A DNA stretch of 64,000 nucleotides from Candidatus Flemingiibacterium sp. (GCA_045644145.1 JAZRGK010000016.1:7767-71766), one strand, 5' to 3'; shown: positions 16,253-24,926, counted from the first letter of the stretch. The notes: generated by a model from the sequence alone, not told the origin. A program made the numbers and translations.

Positions 16253-16278
16253 ATTGTATGTTAATTGAGTGTGGATAT

Positions 16279-16355
16279 GTACCTGTAGCTCAGCTGGATA
16301 GAGCAACTGCCTTCTAAGCAGTAGGTCGGGGGTTCGAGTCCCTCCAGGTACGCCA
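16279..16355 (+). tRNA. tRNA-Arg (anticodon UCU)
   Basis: The sequence is GTACCTGTAGCTCAGCTGGATAGAGCAACTGCCTTCTAAGCAGTAGGTCGGGGGTTCGAGTCCCTCCAGGTACGCCA. All four stems pair. The anticodon loop is CTTCTAA and CCA is encoded. Confidence 0.9.
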
Positions 16356-16426
16356 ATTCCTTGATGTGCGCACATCAAGGCTCATATAACAGCAACATGC
16401 CGTGCGCGGTGTGTCTGCCTACAGAT

Positions 16427-16504
16427 GGTGGATGTAGCTCAGTTGGTTAGAGCGCCAGGTTGTGGCCCTGGAGGTCGAGGGTTCGACCCCCTTCATTCAC
16501 CCCA
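16427..16504 (+). tRNA. tRNA-His (anticodon GUG) with G-1
   Basis: The sequence is GGTGGATGTAGCTCAGTTGGTTAGAGCGCCAGGTTGTGGCCCTGGAGGTCGAGGGTTCGACCCCCTTCATTCACCCCA. An extra 5' G pairs with discriminator C73, the hallmark of tRNA-His. The anticodon loop is TTGTGGC. Confidence 0.9.
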
Positions 16505-16507
16505 GTT

Positions 16508-16536
16508 AAAAAGCACCGTGTAAACGGTGCTTTTTT
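16508..16536. terminator. Bidirectional terminator (tRNA operon / TM2 gene)
   Basis: 11-bp stem aaaaagcaccg/cggtgcttttt with loop tgtaaa. A-run and T-run flank it. Confidence 0.75.
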
Positions 16537-16563
16537 GAATATATGAACTGATTATTAGAAAGA

Positions 16564-16986
16564 TCATACATAGTATGGATTAGGCTTAAACAGCAATATG
16601 ATGAAGTCAATAATAACTCCTATGCCTAAAAGGCCTCCCGTAAGTAAATACAGAATGCCGGAGCCGACTTTGCCCTCATAGAATCTATGTGCTCCCAGAA
16701 AACCGATGAAAAAGCACAAGAGCAGAGCAACCCATTTGTTTTTTTGACATCCATTGCCGTGAACACTATTTATATTTGTATTTGAGTTCACATTGTTATT
16801 TTCATTATTGATAACAATAGTCGGTTGAGCAGATTGTGCTTGCTTAAGCTCCTCTACCTGTCTGCCACAAGCCGTACACAAAACGGCATCGCTCAGGATT
16901 TTAGCACCGCAGTGCTTACAAAACTTAGTGATTTCTTGGGGAGTGGCAGTGGATTGGGTGGTGTTAGATTGTACTTCGTTAGACAT
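16564..16986 (-). CDS. Zinc-ribbon + TM2-domain membrane protein
   Basis: 140 aa from ATG 16986, with GGAGG 8 nt upstream. It has an N-terminal CKHCG...CTACG ribbon and an Asn-rich linker. The C-terminal TM2 pattern reads KNKWVALLLCFFIGFLGAHRFYEGKVGSGILYLLTGGLLGIGVIIDFI. Confidence 0.8.
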   Translation of the reverse strand: MSNEVQSNTTQSTATPQEITKFCKHCGAKILSDAVLCTACGRQVEELKQAQSAQPTIVINNENNNVNSNTNINSVHGNGCQKNKWVALLLCFFIGFLGAHRFYEGKVGSGILYLLTGGLLGIGVIIDFIILLFKPNPYYV

Positions 16987-17014
16987 TTTTTGTACCTCCG
17001 TCATAGTTTTACAA

Positions 17015-17041
17015 GGAATGACATTCACCGAATGTCATTCC
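17015..17041. promoter_or_regulatory. Perfect 12-3-12 inverted repeat, probable operator of the XRE regulator
   Basis: GGAATGACATTC acc GAATGTCATTCC. A third half-site GAATGTCA occurs at 17083-17090. Confidence 0.65.
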
Positions 17042-17048
17042 TGCAATT

Positions 17049-17077
17049 ATTATAGCATATAATATCCTTGTTGTCAA
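17049..17077 (-). promoter_or_regulatory. Consensus sigma-A promoter reading into the TM2 gene
   Basis: Minus strand: TTGACA (17077-17072), 17 nt spacer, TATAAT (17054-17049). The palindrome 17041-17015 starts 8 nt downstream of the -10. Confidence 0.7.
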
Positions 17078-17106
17078 GCACTGAATGTCAAAAAATGAGG
17101 ATGCTT

Positions 17107-17355
17107 ATGTTTATAAACAAAACCCAAGACGGACGCAATAACATTTGCGGAGCAAATGTTGCTCGTTTGCGAAAACAAATGAAAATATCTCAAAGGGAAC
17201 TGGCTGATCGCCTTCAGCTTGTGGGCTTGGACGTTGACAAAAACGCTGTACAGCGAATAGAAGCAGGAAAACGCTTCGTTACCGATATAGATATTGCCGC
17301 GCTCACAGAAGTGTTGTCGTGCACATTTGATGATTTGTTCCTGGACGTGGAATAA
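17107..17355 (+). CDS. XRE-family helix-turn-helix transcriptional regulator
   Basis: 82 aa from ATG 17107, after GAGGA. The sequence ICGANVARLRKQMKISQRELADRLQLVGLDVDKNAVQRIEAGKRFV is a typical Cro/C1 HTH. Confidence 0.8.
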   Translation: MFINKTQDGRNNICGANVARLRKQMKISQRELADRLQLVGLDVDKNAVQRIEAGKRFVTDIDIAALTEVLSCTFDDLFLDVE

Positions 17356-17370
17356 AAGCTATCAAACCAC

Positions 17371-17401
17371 AAAAATGCCGCACTGCTGTGCGGCATTTTT
17401 T
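17371..17401. terminator. Bidirectional terminator (XRE gene / phosphoglucomutase operon)
   Basis: 13-bp stem aaaaatgccgcac/gtgcggcattttt with loop tgct. Confidence 0.75.
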
Positions 17402-17404
17402 ATA

Positions 17405-19123
17405 TCAGTCAACCCAAGCATCGGTCGCTTTTGCGTATTCGGTTATTTTGGTTTTAACCGCTTCAAGAGTTTCATCGTGAGCGAGAATATAGATTTTTAT
17501 CTTAGGCTCAGTGCCGGAGGGGCGGATGACGATAACGTCGCCGCACTCGGTTACATAGTAAAGCACATTGGAGGAGGGAAGTCCCGTGGAGGTTACCTTA
17601 CCTGTGTCAACATCAAGTACCGTGTCTTTGAGATAATCGCGGATTTCAACTACGCGTCTGCCTGCAAGCTCTGTTGGGGGCGCTTCGCGGAGGTCGTTCA
17701 TCAGCTTCTTCATGCGCTCGATTCCGTCAAGACCGTCCATGTAGATGTTGGCAATGCCCTCATCATAGTAGCCGTATCGGTCGTAAAGCCCCTGCAGTGC
17801 ATCACAGAGAGTCATTCCCTTGGTACTGTAGTACGCCGCCATTTCACAGAGAAGCATAGACGCCACAACAGCATCCTTGTCGCGTGCGTATGTGCCCTTA
17901 AGGTAGCCGTAGCTCTCCTCGAAACCGAAGATATAGCTCCCATTTCCTGCGGCTTCGTACTGCTTTATAACTTCTCCGATAAACTTGAATCCGGTGAGCA
18001 CATTGTGAAGCTTTATTCCGTGTGCCTCGCATATTTTCGTTACCATGTCGGTGGAAACGATAGTTTTGATAGCATAGGGATTTTTCGGCATGCCGGTTTC
18101 TTCGTAGGCGGTGATGATATAGTCAAGAAGGAGTGCTCCCACCTGATTGCCCGTAAGACGGACGAATTTGCCGGATTTGTCACGGGACATGATTCCTACA
18201 CGGTCGCAGTCGGGGTCTGTAGCAATAATAAGGTCGCTGTGCACCTTCTCGGAGAGCTTTATACCAAGATCAAAGGCTTCGGCAAATTCCGGATTGGGGT
18301 ATGCAACAGTGGGAAAGTCACCGTCAAGCACCATCTGCTCCTCAACAACGTCGATATGCTTAAGTCCAACGCGGCGAAGTACCTCGGGAACCATTTTGTG
18401 ACCTGCGCCGTGGAGCGGAGTGTACACGATTTCAAGCGTATCTGCTACCTGCTTTATAATATCGGGGTTAACAGCCTGACCGATAACGTTTTGCATATAT
18501 GCTTCATCAAGGGATGCAGGGATATATTTGATTCTGCCGTCATTTAAAGCGGTATCGAAATCTACTGTTTTTACATCGTCGAAAATATCCGCCTCTGCGA
18601 TGGATTTTGATACGGTTGCGGCGTGGTCGGGGGGAAGCTGTGCGCCGTCTTCCCAATATGCCTTGTATCCGTTATACTGCTTTGGATTGTGGGAGGCTGT
18701 TATGTTGATGCCTGCAATGGCGTTAAGCTCGCGTACCGCAAATGAGAGCACGGGAGTGGGACGCAGACTGTCAAATATGTGTGCTGTAATACCGTTTGCA
18801 GCTAAAACGCTTGCGGCAGTCTTTGCATACAGCTCGGAATTGTTTCTTGAATCGTAGGCGATCGTCACGCCGCGGTCCGCTTGGCCAAGCTCGCTTATAA
18901 GGTTGGCAAGTCCTTGGGTTGCATGTGCTACGGTATATACGTTCATGGCGTTTGTGCCTGCCATCATGGTGCCGCGAAGTCCAGCAGTGCCAAATTCAAG
19001 GGATTTTATAAATCTGAGCTTTATTTCTTCTTCGTCGTCGGCGATTTTTCTGAGTTCTTCCTTTGTGACCTCATCGACCTTGTCAGATGTGAGCCAACGT
19101 TTGTAATTTTCTTTGTAATTCAT
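17405..19123 (-). CDS. Phosphoglucomutase / phospho-sugar mutase (alpha-D-phosphohexomutase family)
   Basis: 572 aa from ATG 19123, after GGAGA. The active-site loop is TASHNPKQYNGYK. The N-terminal region reads FGTAGLRG, and a metal loop reads ATDPDCDR. Confidence 0.9.
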   Translation of the reverse strand: MNYKENYKRWLTSDKVDEVTKEELRKIADDEEEIKLRFIKSLEFGTAGLRGTMMAGTNAMNVYTVAHATQGLANLISELGQADRGVTIAYDSRNNSELYAKTAASVLAANGITAHIFDSLRPTPVLSFAVRELNAIAGINITASHNPKQYNGYKAYWEDGAQLPPDHAATVSKSIAEADIFDDVKTVDFDTALNDGRIKYIPASLDEAYMQNVIGQAVNPDIIKQVADTLEIVYTPLHGAGHKMVPEVLRRVGLKHIDVVEEQMVLDGDFPTVAYPNPEFAEAFDLGIKLSEKVHSDLIIATDPDCDRVGIMSRDKSGKFVRLTGNQVGALLLDYIITAYEETGMPKNPYAIKTIVSTDMVTKICEAHGIKLHNVLTGFKFIGEVIKQYEAAGNGSYIFGFEESYGYLKGTYARDKDAVVASMLLCEMAAYYSTKGMTLCDALQGLYDRYGYYDEGIANIYMDGLDGIERMKKLMNDLREAPPTELAGRRVVEIRDYLKDTVLDVDTGKVTSTGLPSSNVLYYVTECGDVIVIRPSGTEPKIKIYILAHDETLEAVKTKITEYAKATDAWVD

Positions 19124-19171
19124 AATATTCTCCATTCATTGTATGGTGTGCATTTGAGATAATAGTAGGTA

Positions 19172-19426
19172 TTACAGTTTCTTTATTTCCTCAAGAGCCA
19201 AAGCAAGCTGGTCGGGGCAGGATGTAGATTTAGGACCGCATTTTATACCTTTGATGCGGCTGATGGCTTCATCTATATCCATTCCTATGACAAGAGCAGC
19301 AACCCCCTGAGTGTTACCGGAGCATCCGCCGATAAATTTCACGGATTTTACGATATTATCTTCTACAGCGAGTTCAATTCCGCGAGAGCAGGTGCCGTGT
19401 GTTGAATAAGAAAGTGTCTTTATCAT
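19172..19426 (-). CDS. TSCPD-domain small protein (TIGR03905-like, four conserved Cys)
   Basis: 84 aa with an AAGGAGA RBS. The sequence is ...HGTCSRGIELAVEDN...GGCSGNTQGVAAL...CGPKSTSCPDQLA. Confidence 0.7.
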   Translation of the reverse strand: MIKTLSYSTHGTCSRGIELAVEDNIVKSVKFIGGCSGNTQGVAALVIGMDIDEAISRIKGIKCGPKSTSCPDQLALALEEIKKL

Positions 19427-19653
19427 TTTATGCAGTCTCCTTTCGGATTATTTTTATTTTTTGGAAAGAGTATTATACATATAAAGTGTGGAAATAAAAC
19501 CGAGAAAGTCGGCATTTGCAGAAGCAACGACTGTTTCCGGCATGCCAGATGATTTGGGATATGAGATGCTGTAACGGATAGGGCTCAAGCAGCATAGGAC
19601 AGCCAGCTTATCGGAATAACATGTTATAAATTCACGGTAGTTGCGCAGGATGA

Positions 19654-20592
19654 TTATTCACCTTGGCGTATATGGGGATATATGCCAAGCGGCTCGTACT
19701 CCGGTATTGCAAGTGTGAGAAATAATACAAATGCATCAAGTCCTTTCGGCTCACTTGCCTTAAGGATTACTTCTGAGGAAAATTTTACCGTATTGTATGT
19801 CATAGGAATAGAATCCACCTTGTAAATTGTAAGTCCGCACTCCGCGGCGGCGGTCAGCACTTCACCAAGGGCGGCGCCGTCGTCTGTTACAAGGCTGAAC
19901 TCAAAAAAGCATCCAGTGCGATCCGCTCTCGCAGGGAGAGATATGGATCTGCTTAAAAGTGCATATCTGGTAGTAACAGTGCCGTCAGGCGTTGTAACGT
20001 CGCAGGAAAGCACCGGGCTTAATTCATACTTGTCTATAAGCCTGTAGAAGCTGATAAGCTTTGCATCGCGTGAACTGTCAAGGGGCAACATGCACATATC
20101 AGCACGCTCATAATACACCTCTTCGCAGACTGAGTTGAAATCTGGAGCATAAGCTACCGATGGGGCTTCAAGTATATCTGAGAAAACGCGGAATGCCGCA
20201 TCAGCATAGGCATTTTTGAAATATGCGATTCTCGGTGAACGGGAATAGGATGTGTTCCCGAGAAGTTTGTCAAGAAGCTTTATTTCGCGCCGCTCTGCTT
20301 CCTCGGCGATGAATTTGCACACGGTCAACTTATCAATAAAGGTAGCTGTGCGGTGCCGGAATTCGATGTGAGTAAGCGTATTACTTGGAATATCATCGGT
20401 GGAAACTTCCCCACTGAAAAGGGCGGAGAATCTTTCTGAGCGGTTCTCATCGAACAGCATGGAGTCATCTCTCATTATGAGAAGAGCGAGATCACGAAGC
20501 CACGCAAGACGTCTTTCGTCTGCCGAGGTGTTTTCACCGCAGAGCAGTGTAAGATTTTCCCCAATAACGGCGGTTGTGGTTTCCCGTGCCAT
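19654..20592 (-). CDS. Divergent prephenate-dehydratase-like protein (PDT-like + ACT-like), translationally coupled to aroC
   Basis: 312 aa. The ATG overlaps the aroC stop by 1 nt (TGATG), and GGGAGGAAG lies upstream. The PDT-like core reads RIAYFKNAYADAAF...ADMCMLPLDSS...TTRYALLSR (TRF-like motif). The ACT-like tail reads FEFSLVTDDGAALGEVLTAAAECGLTIYKVDSIP. The canonical GPxGT motif is absent. Confidence 0.45.
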   Translation of the reverse strand: MARETTTAVIGENLTLLCGENTSADERRLAWLRDLALLIMRDDSMLFDENRSERFSALFSGEVSTDDIPSNTLTHIEFRHRTATFIDKLTVCKFIAEEAERREIKLLDKLLGNTSYSRSPRIAYFKNAYADAAFRVFSDILEAPSVAYAPDFNSVCEEVYYERADMCMLPLDSSRDAKLISFYRLIDKYELSPVLSCDVTTPDGTVTTRYALLSRSISLPARADRTGCFFEFSLVTDDGAALGEVLTAAAECGLTIYKVDSIPMTYNTVKFSSEVILKASEPKGLDAFVLFLTLAIPEYEPLGIYPHIRQGE

Positions 20593-21680
20593 CAGAGCTT
20601 CCTCCCATCTGATTTGAGTATGAGCTGCGTAAGCGCAACAGCGGTGCAAGCCTCCACCACGGGTACTGCACGTACCGCGATACAAGGATCATGTCTGCCG
20701 TTTATTTTTAATTTGGTGTTGCAGGCATTTGCCAAATCAACAGAATCCTGCTCTGTAAATATTGATGGGGTGGGCTTTATTCCAACGGAGAAGATTATAG
20801 GCATACCGTTTGTCATGCCGCCAACGATTCCACCGCAATTATTTTGCTTTGTTACTATTTTCCCGTCCTTGTATTCATAGGCATCGTTTGCCTCTGAGCC
20901 GTACATGCGGCAGAAATCGAAGCCTGCGCCGAATTCTATAGCCTTAACAGCAGGTATTGCGAACATGAGCTTTGATATTTCTGCTTCAACACTTTCAAAC
21001 ATGTGCTCACCGAGAGCGGCGGGTACGCATGCGGCGGCACATTCAAGCTTTGCCCCCACCGAATCTCCCTTGTCACGGGCGATATTTATAATGGTCGCAA
21101 ATGCCTCTGCCGCCGTACTGTCAATGGCGGGGAACGCATGCGTCTTAAGCTCTACAAGTTCTTCTCCTGTTACGTTATATGCAAAGCTGCTGTCGGATAC
21201 GTTAAGTATCTGCTTTATATGCGCGGCTATCTCTATTCCGTAACGGGTAAGATACAAGGAGCACAGCGCGCCTGCGAATACAAGAGGTGCTGTAAGGCGT
21301 CCCGAAAAATGTCCGCCGCCGTGAAGCTCCACATGGTCGCCGTATTTTAAAAATGCGGCGTAGTCTGCGTGGCTTGGACGCGGCACGGTCATTTTATCAC
21401 CGTAGGATGCGGAATGTTGATTGGTATTTTCGATAATGGCGCAGATAGGGTAGCCGTTTGTAAAGCCGCCTGAAACGCCGCTTACGATCTTCGGAATGTC
21501 AGCTTCGGTACGCTTTGTTGAAAAATTACCGCCGGGCGCACGCCGCTTCATAAACGCTCCAATATAGTCAAGGTCAAGCTTTAGTCCTGCCGGAAATCCG
21601 TCGATGACAACGCCTATGGAATCGCCGTGAGATTCCCCGAAAACGGACAGCTTCAGCTTTGTGCCGTATACAGATGCCAT
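20592..21680 (-). CDS. aroC: Chorismate synthase
   Basis: 362 aa. It reads GTKLKLSVFGESHGDSIGVVIDGFPAG...RPSHADY...GGGHFSGR...GRHDPC, covering the full-length AroC motifs. Confidence 0.95.
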   Translation of the reverse strand: MASVYGTKLKLSVFGESHGDSIGVVIDGFPAGLKLDLDYIGAFMKRRAPGGNFSTKRTEADIPKIVSGVSGGFTNGYPICAIIENTNQHSASYGDKMTVPRPSHADYAAFLKYGDHVELHGGGHFSGRLTAPLVFAGALCSLYLTRYGIEIAAHIKQILNVSDSSFAYNVTGEELVELKTHAFPAIDSTAAEAFATIINIARDKGDSVGAKLECAAACVPAALGEHMFESVEAEISKLMFAIPAVKAIEFGAGFDFCRMYGSEANDAYEYKDGKIVTKQNNCGGIVGGMTNGMPIIFSVGIKPTPSIFTEQDSVDLANACNTKLKINGRHDPCIAVRAVPVVEACTAVALTQLILKSDGRKL

Positions 21681-21727
21681 TGTATATCACCTTTTTACAA
21701 ATAAAGTTTGAAAACTGAAAATAAAGC

Positions 21728-23608
21728 TTAAATATTTTCAAGCATGTCGAAGCTTTCCGCAAGGAAAGTCTGAAGTTCGTCTGCACTAAGCTGGCGCTGT
21801 GCCAAAAGCGCGAGAGTATATATCTGCTTTGCGAGCTTCTTTGCCTTTTCCTCGTTTGTTTCAGCTTCTGCCGCAAGGCGCTTGATAAGCGAACTGTTGG
21901 CGTTTACCACAAGAGTCATATCTGTGGGGAACTTCATGTAGTCGCCGTTACCCATGCGGCGGTACATCTTCATCATATCCTCCATACGTCTTGTTTCCTC
22001 GGATATGTTGAGTACAGCCGGGATTTTCTCGTTTTTGAGAAGCTCGAAGCTTACCTTAAGTTCAGCGCCGCTGACTGCCTTGAAGATGTCAGCAAGCTTT
22101 TCGTTTCTTTCAGCAGCGCCTTCTGCCTTAAGCGCGCCTGCTACATCCGCGTCAATGCGGACGAACTTTACGTTTTCGTTATCCTGCTCCACCACATTTA
22201 TAAACTGGGTATCGATCATCTTGTCAAGCACTATAACATCTATACCTTCAGCGGCGAACATGGAAACATACTGTGCCTGCGCGGTAACATCTGCCGCATA
22301 GTAAACGGTGTTTTCATGCTTTTCCTTGGCTTTTTCGAGATACTCCTCAAGGGTGACGAATCTGCCGTCGGTGGTGGGGTAGATAACCGCCGATTTTACT
22401 CTGTCGTAGAACTTGCGGTCACGAAGGCATCCGTATTCAACGAAGGTCTTAAGGTCATACCAAAGTTTCTCGTAATTTTCGCGTTCAAGATTAAACATGG
22501 ATGTGAGCTTGTCCGCAACTTTCTTTACAATGTGTGCAGATATCTTGGCAACGTATCCGCTGTTCTGGAGATAGCTTCGGGATACATTAAGCGGAAGCTC
22601 GGGGCAGTCAAGCACGCCCTTGAGCATAAGAAGAAATTCGGGTATAACCTCTTTGATATTATCCGCAACGAAAACCTGATTGTAATAAAGCTTTACCTGA
22701 CCCTCCATGTTGTCATATTCGTGGGCAAGGCGGGGGAAGTAGAGTATGCCGCGGAAGTTGAGGGGATAGTCAGCGTTCAGATGAATATGGAACAGCGGCT
22801 CGCGATAGTCGTGGAACACCTTGTGATAGAACTCGTCGTATTCCTCATCGGTACATTCCGAGGGATTCTTCTGCCACAGAGGGTGAGTGTCGTTGACAGG
22901 CTTCGGTTCTTCCGCCTTTTTGTCATCGGAAGTGTCTGCCTCGTTCTCGAATTCCGCTTTTTCCAGATAAATCTCAACCGGCATAAATGAGCAGTATTTT
23001 TCAATCATTTCGCGAATACGGAACTCCTCAAGAAATTCCGATTCGTTTTCCATAATGTGCATCACAACATCGGTGCCTCGGCAAGGACGTTCAAAATCTG
23101 TGGTGATCTCGTACTCGCCGGCTTCGCTGCACACCCATTTTACCGCCTTATCGGAGGTGTATGAACGGGTTATAACGTCAACGGTGTCGCTGACCATAAA
23201 TGCTGAATAGAATCCAAGACCGAAGTGACCGATAATGCCGTTGTCCGCGGTTTCCTTGCTGTCAGTGCCCTCGTATTTTTCGATAAACTCCAAAGCGCCG
23301 GAAAGAGCGATCTGGCAGATGTAACGGCGCACTTCATCCTCAGTCATGCCGATGCCGTTGTCGGATACCGTGAGTGTGCGCGCTTCCTTATCAATTTTTA
23401 CGGTTATTCTGTAGTTTTCATCCTCAATTTTCGTCTCGCCCAGGGAGGTAAGACGCTTAAGTTTAGTAACCGCATCGCATGCGTTTGAAACTATCTCACG
23501 GAGAAAAATTTCCTTCTCGGAATAGAGCCATTTTTTGATGATTGGAAATATATGTTCGATTTCGACGGAAATACCGCCTTTTTCTGTATTTTTAATATCT
23601 TTGGACAT
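21728..23608 (-). CDS. htpG: Molecular chaperone HtpG (Hsp90 family)
   Basis: 626 aa. The GHKL ATPase N-terminus reads LYSEKEIFLREIVSNACDA...DNGIGMT...GHFGLGFYSAF. Confidence 0.95.
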   Translation of the reverse strand: MSKDIKNTEKGGISVEIEHIFPIIKKWLYSEKEIFLREIVSNACDAVTKLKRLTSLGETKIEDENYRITVKIDKEARTLTVSDNGIGMTEDEVRRYICQIALSGALEFIEKYEGTDSKETADNGIIGHFGLGFYSAFMVSDTVDVITRSYTSDKAVKWVCSEAGEYEITTDFERPCRGTDVVMHIMENESEFLEEFRIREMIEKYCSFMPVEIYLEKAEFENEADTSDDKKAEEPKPVNDTHPLWQKNPSECTDEEYDEFYHKVFHDYREPLFHIHLNADYPLNFRGILYFPRLAHEYDNMEGQVKLYYNQVFVADNIKEVIPEFLLMLKGVLDCPELPLNVSRSYLQNSGYVAKISAHIVKKVADKLTSMFNLERENYEKLWYDLKTFVEYGCLRDRKFYDRVKSAVIYPTTDGRFVTLEEYLEKAKEKHENTVYYAADVTAQAQYVSMFAAEGIDVIVLDKMIDTQFINVVEQDNENVKFVRIDADVAGALKAEGAAERNEKLADIFKAVSGAELKVSFELLKNEKIPAVLNISEETRRMEDMMKMYRRMGNGDYMKFPTDMTLVVNANSSLIKRLAAEAETNEEKAKKLAKQIYTLALLAQRQLSADELQTFLAESFDMLENI

Positions 23609-23672
23609 TGATCTCTAACCTCTTTTTGAATTGTTTTGGCGTTTCGGAAAGACCGACAATACCTCAATTTAT

Positions 23673-23701
23673 ATTTTAACAAATAAAAGTTCCTGTGTCA
23701 A
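23673..23701 (-). promoter_or_regulatory. Sigma-A type promoter of htpG
   Basis: Minus strand: TTGACA (23701-23696), 17 nt spacer, TAAAAT (23678-23673). Confidence 0.55.
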
Positions 23702-23756
23702 GAGAATAGTCATTTTTGTTACAACTTATTATCATTTTAGCGATGGTGCTTTTGCC

Positions 23757-23785
23757 TTGACAAAGGACGGTCTATATGCTACAAT
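23757..23785 (+). promoter_or_regulatory. Sigma-A type promoter of the acyltransferase-3 gene, with shared spacer motif
   Basis: TTGACA-AAGGACGG-tctatatgc-TACAAT (17-nt spacer). The first 14 nt are identical to the mscL promoter at 24898. Confidence 0.6.
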
Positions 23786-23816
23786 AGAATCACATAAAAA
23801 GTAAAGGAATTTAGCT

Positions 23817-24878
23817 ATGACAAAGAAAAAACATGAGCTTTCCCTTATGAACGTAATACTGTGCATGCTTGTCATATTTATCCATGCCGCATCCGCGTCG
23901 GTTACCGCTGCGGACAAAACTTCATGGGAATATGCGATTCTTTTGCCTGCATGGCGGCTTGCGGCATGTGCCGTTCCGGGATTTATATTTCTTTCAGCGA
24001 TAAAATTCGCCTTCGGTGCGGGGAAAGATGGATTTTCTTATCCTAAATATATCCTTGGACGCATAAAGCGTGTATGGATACCATACATTGTTGCATCCGT
24101 GGTATATTACGCCTATTTTGTACTGCTCAACTACATGGAATTTTCCCCGTCAGAGTTTATCAAGTTGCTCCTTGACGGTAATATAGGCGGTCATTTTTAT
24201 TTTGTCATTGCCATTATGCAGTTTTACCTGCTTGCCCCCGTTTGGCGTGCTGTATTAAAAAAGCTTTCCGAGCCATTGTTTTTGGTGATTGCCGTCGCCG
24301 CGGCTTTACCCATTGGGTGGATATTCGGGCAGCATCTCACGGATTTTATCGCTGTTTTTTATAAGGGCGGACTGTTTCCATATTCCGATCGGGTGTTTAC
24401 TACCTACATATTTTGGTGGATTGCCGGACTTGCGGTGGGGAAGAATTACGAATATGTAAAATGTAAGCTTGCCTCGGCATGGAAAGGTGCTTTGGGGCTG
24501 TTTCTGTTCGGTGCAGTGATGAACGGCGGACTTTCCTACATCCACTTTACGGGAAAAGCATCAATATATTGGCTTGAAACTGTGCATGTGTTCTACATAA
24601 TCTGCGCGGTACTGTTCATTTTTGCGGTATGTTCGAAAGCTTCAGATACAAAAATAGCGTCTGCACCAGCTATCATGCTTGTTGACAATTCTTCATACTC
24701 AATCTATTTATGGCATCCCCTGTTTCTGTACTTCGCCAAGGTGATTCTCGGCGCACGGGATGTATCGCTGACTCTTACATTTGCGGTACATGCGTTCTTT
24801 ACGTTCGGTATATGCATTTTCGTTTGTATAGCGGTTCGCTTACTTGTTGAGGCTTTGAAAAAGCACAGAGGGACTTAA
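23817..24878 (+). CDS. Acyltransferase family 3 (OatA/WecH-like) integral membrane protein
   Basis: 353 aa with an AAAGGA RBS. The 10-TM protein has an N-terminal LMNVILCMLVIFIHA motif and YSIYLWHPL near the C-terminus. Confidence 0.8.
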   Translation: MTKKKHELSLMNVILCMLVIFIHAASASVTAADKTSWEYAILLPAWRLAACAVPGFIFLSAIKFAFGAGKDGFSYPKYILGRIKRVWIPYIVASVVYYAYFVLLNYMEFSPSEFIKLLLDGNIGGHFYFVIAIMQFYLLAPVWRAVLKKLSEPLFLVIAVAAALPIGWIFGQHLTDFIAVFYKGGLFPYSDRVFTTYIFWWIAGLAVGKNYEYVKCKLASAWKGALGLFLFGAVMNGGLSYIHFTGKASIYWLETVHVFYIICAVLFIFAVCSKASDTKIASAPAIMLVDNSSYSIYLWHPLFLYFAKVILGARDVSLTLTFAVHAFFTFGICIFVCIAVRLLVEALKKHRGT

Positions 24879-24897
24879 AATAAAACTGCGGTTTTTG

Positions 24898-24926
24898 TTG
24901 ACAAAGGACGGAATTTCTGATATAAT
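24898..24926 (+). promoter_or_regulatory. Sigma-A type promoter of mscL, with shared spacer motif
   Basis: TTGACA-AAGGACGG-aatttctga-TATAAT (17-nt spacer). Confidence 0.6.

Noticed and set aside
16480-17041. Integration (att) scar at the tRNA-His 3' end for the TM2/XRE cassette
   Set aside because: The only repeat of the tRNA 3' end is the 8-mer CATTCACC inside the operator palindrome, which is at chance level. No integrase or recombinase gene is present.
17294-18547. 417-aa ORF on the plus strand
   Set aside because: It lies entirely antisense to the well-supported phosphoglucomutase gene. It has no RBS, and its composition is low-complexity and Val/Gly/Cys-skewed. It is typical shadow-frame openness opposite a strongly codon-biased gene.
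23609-23756. CIRCE/HrcA operator upstream of htpG
   Set aside because: There is no TTAGCACTC-N9-GAGTGCTAA-like inverted repeat in the leader or promoter region.
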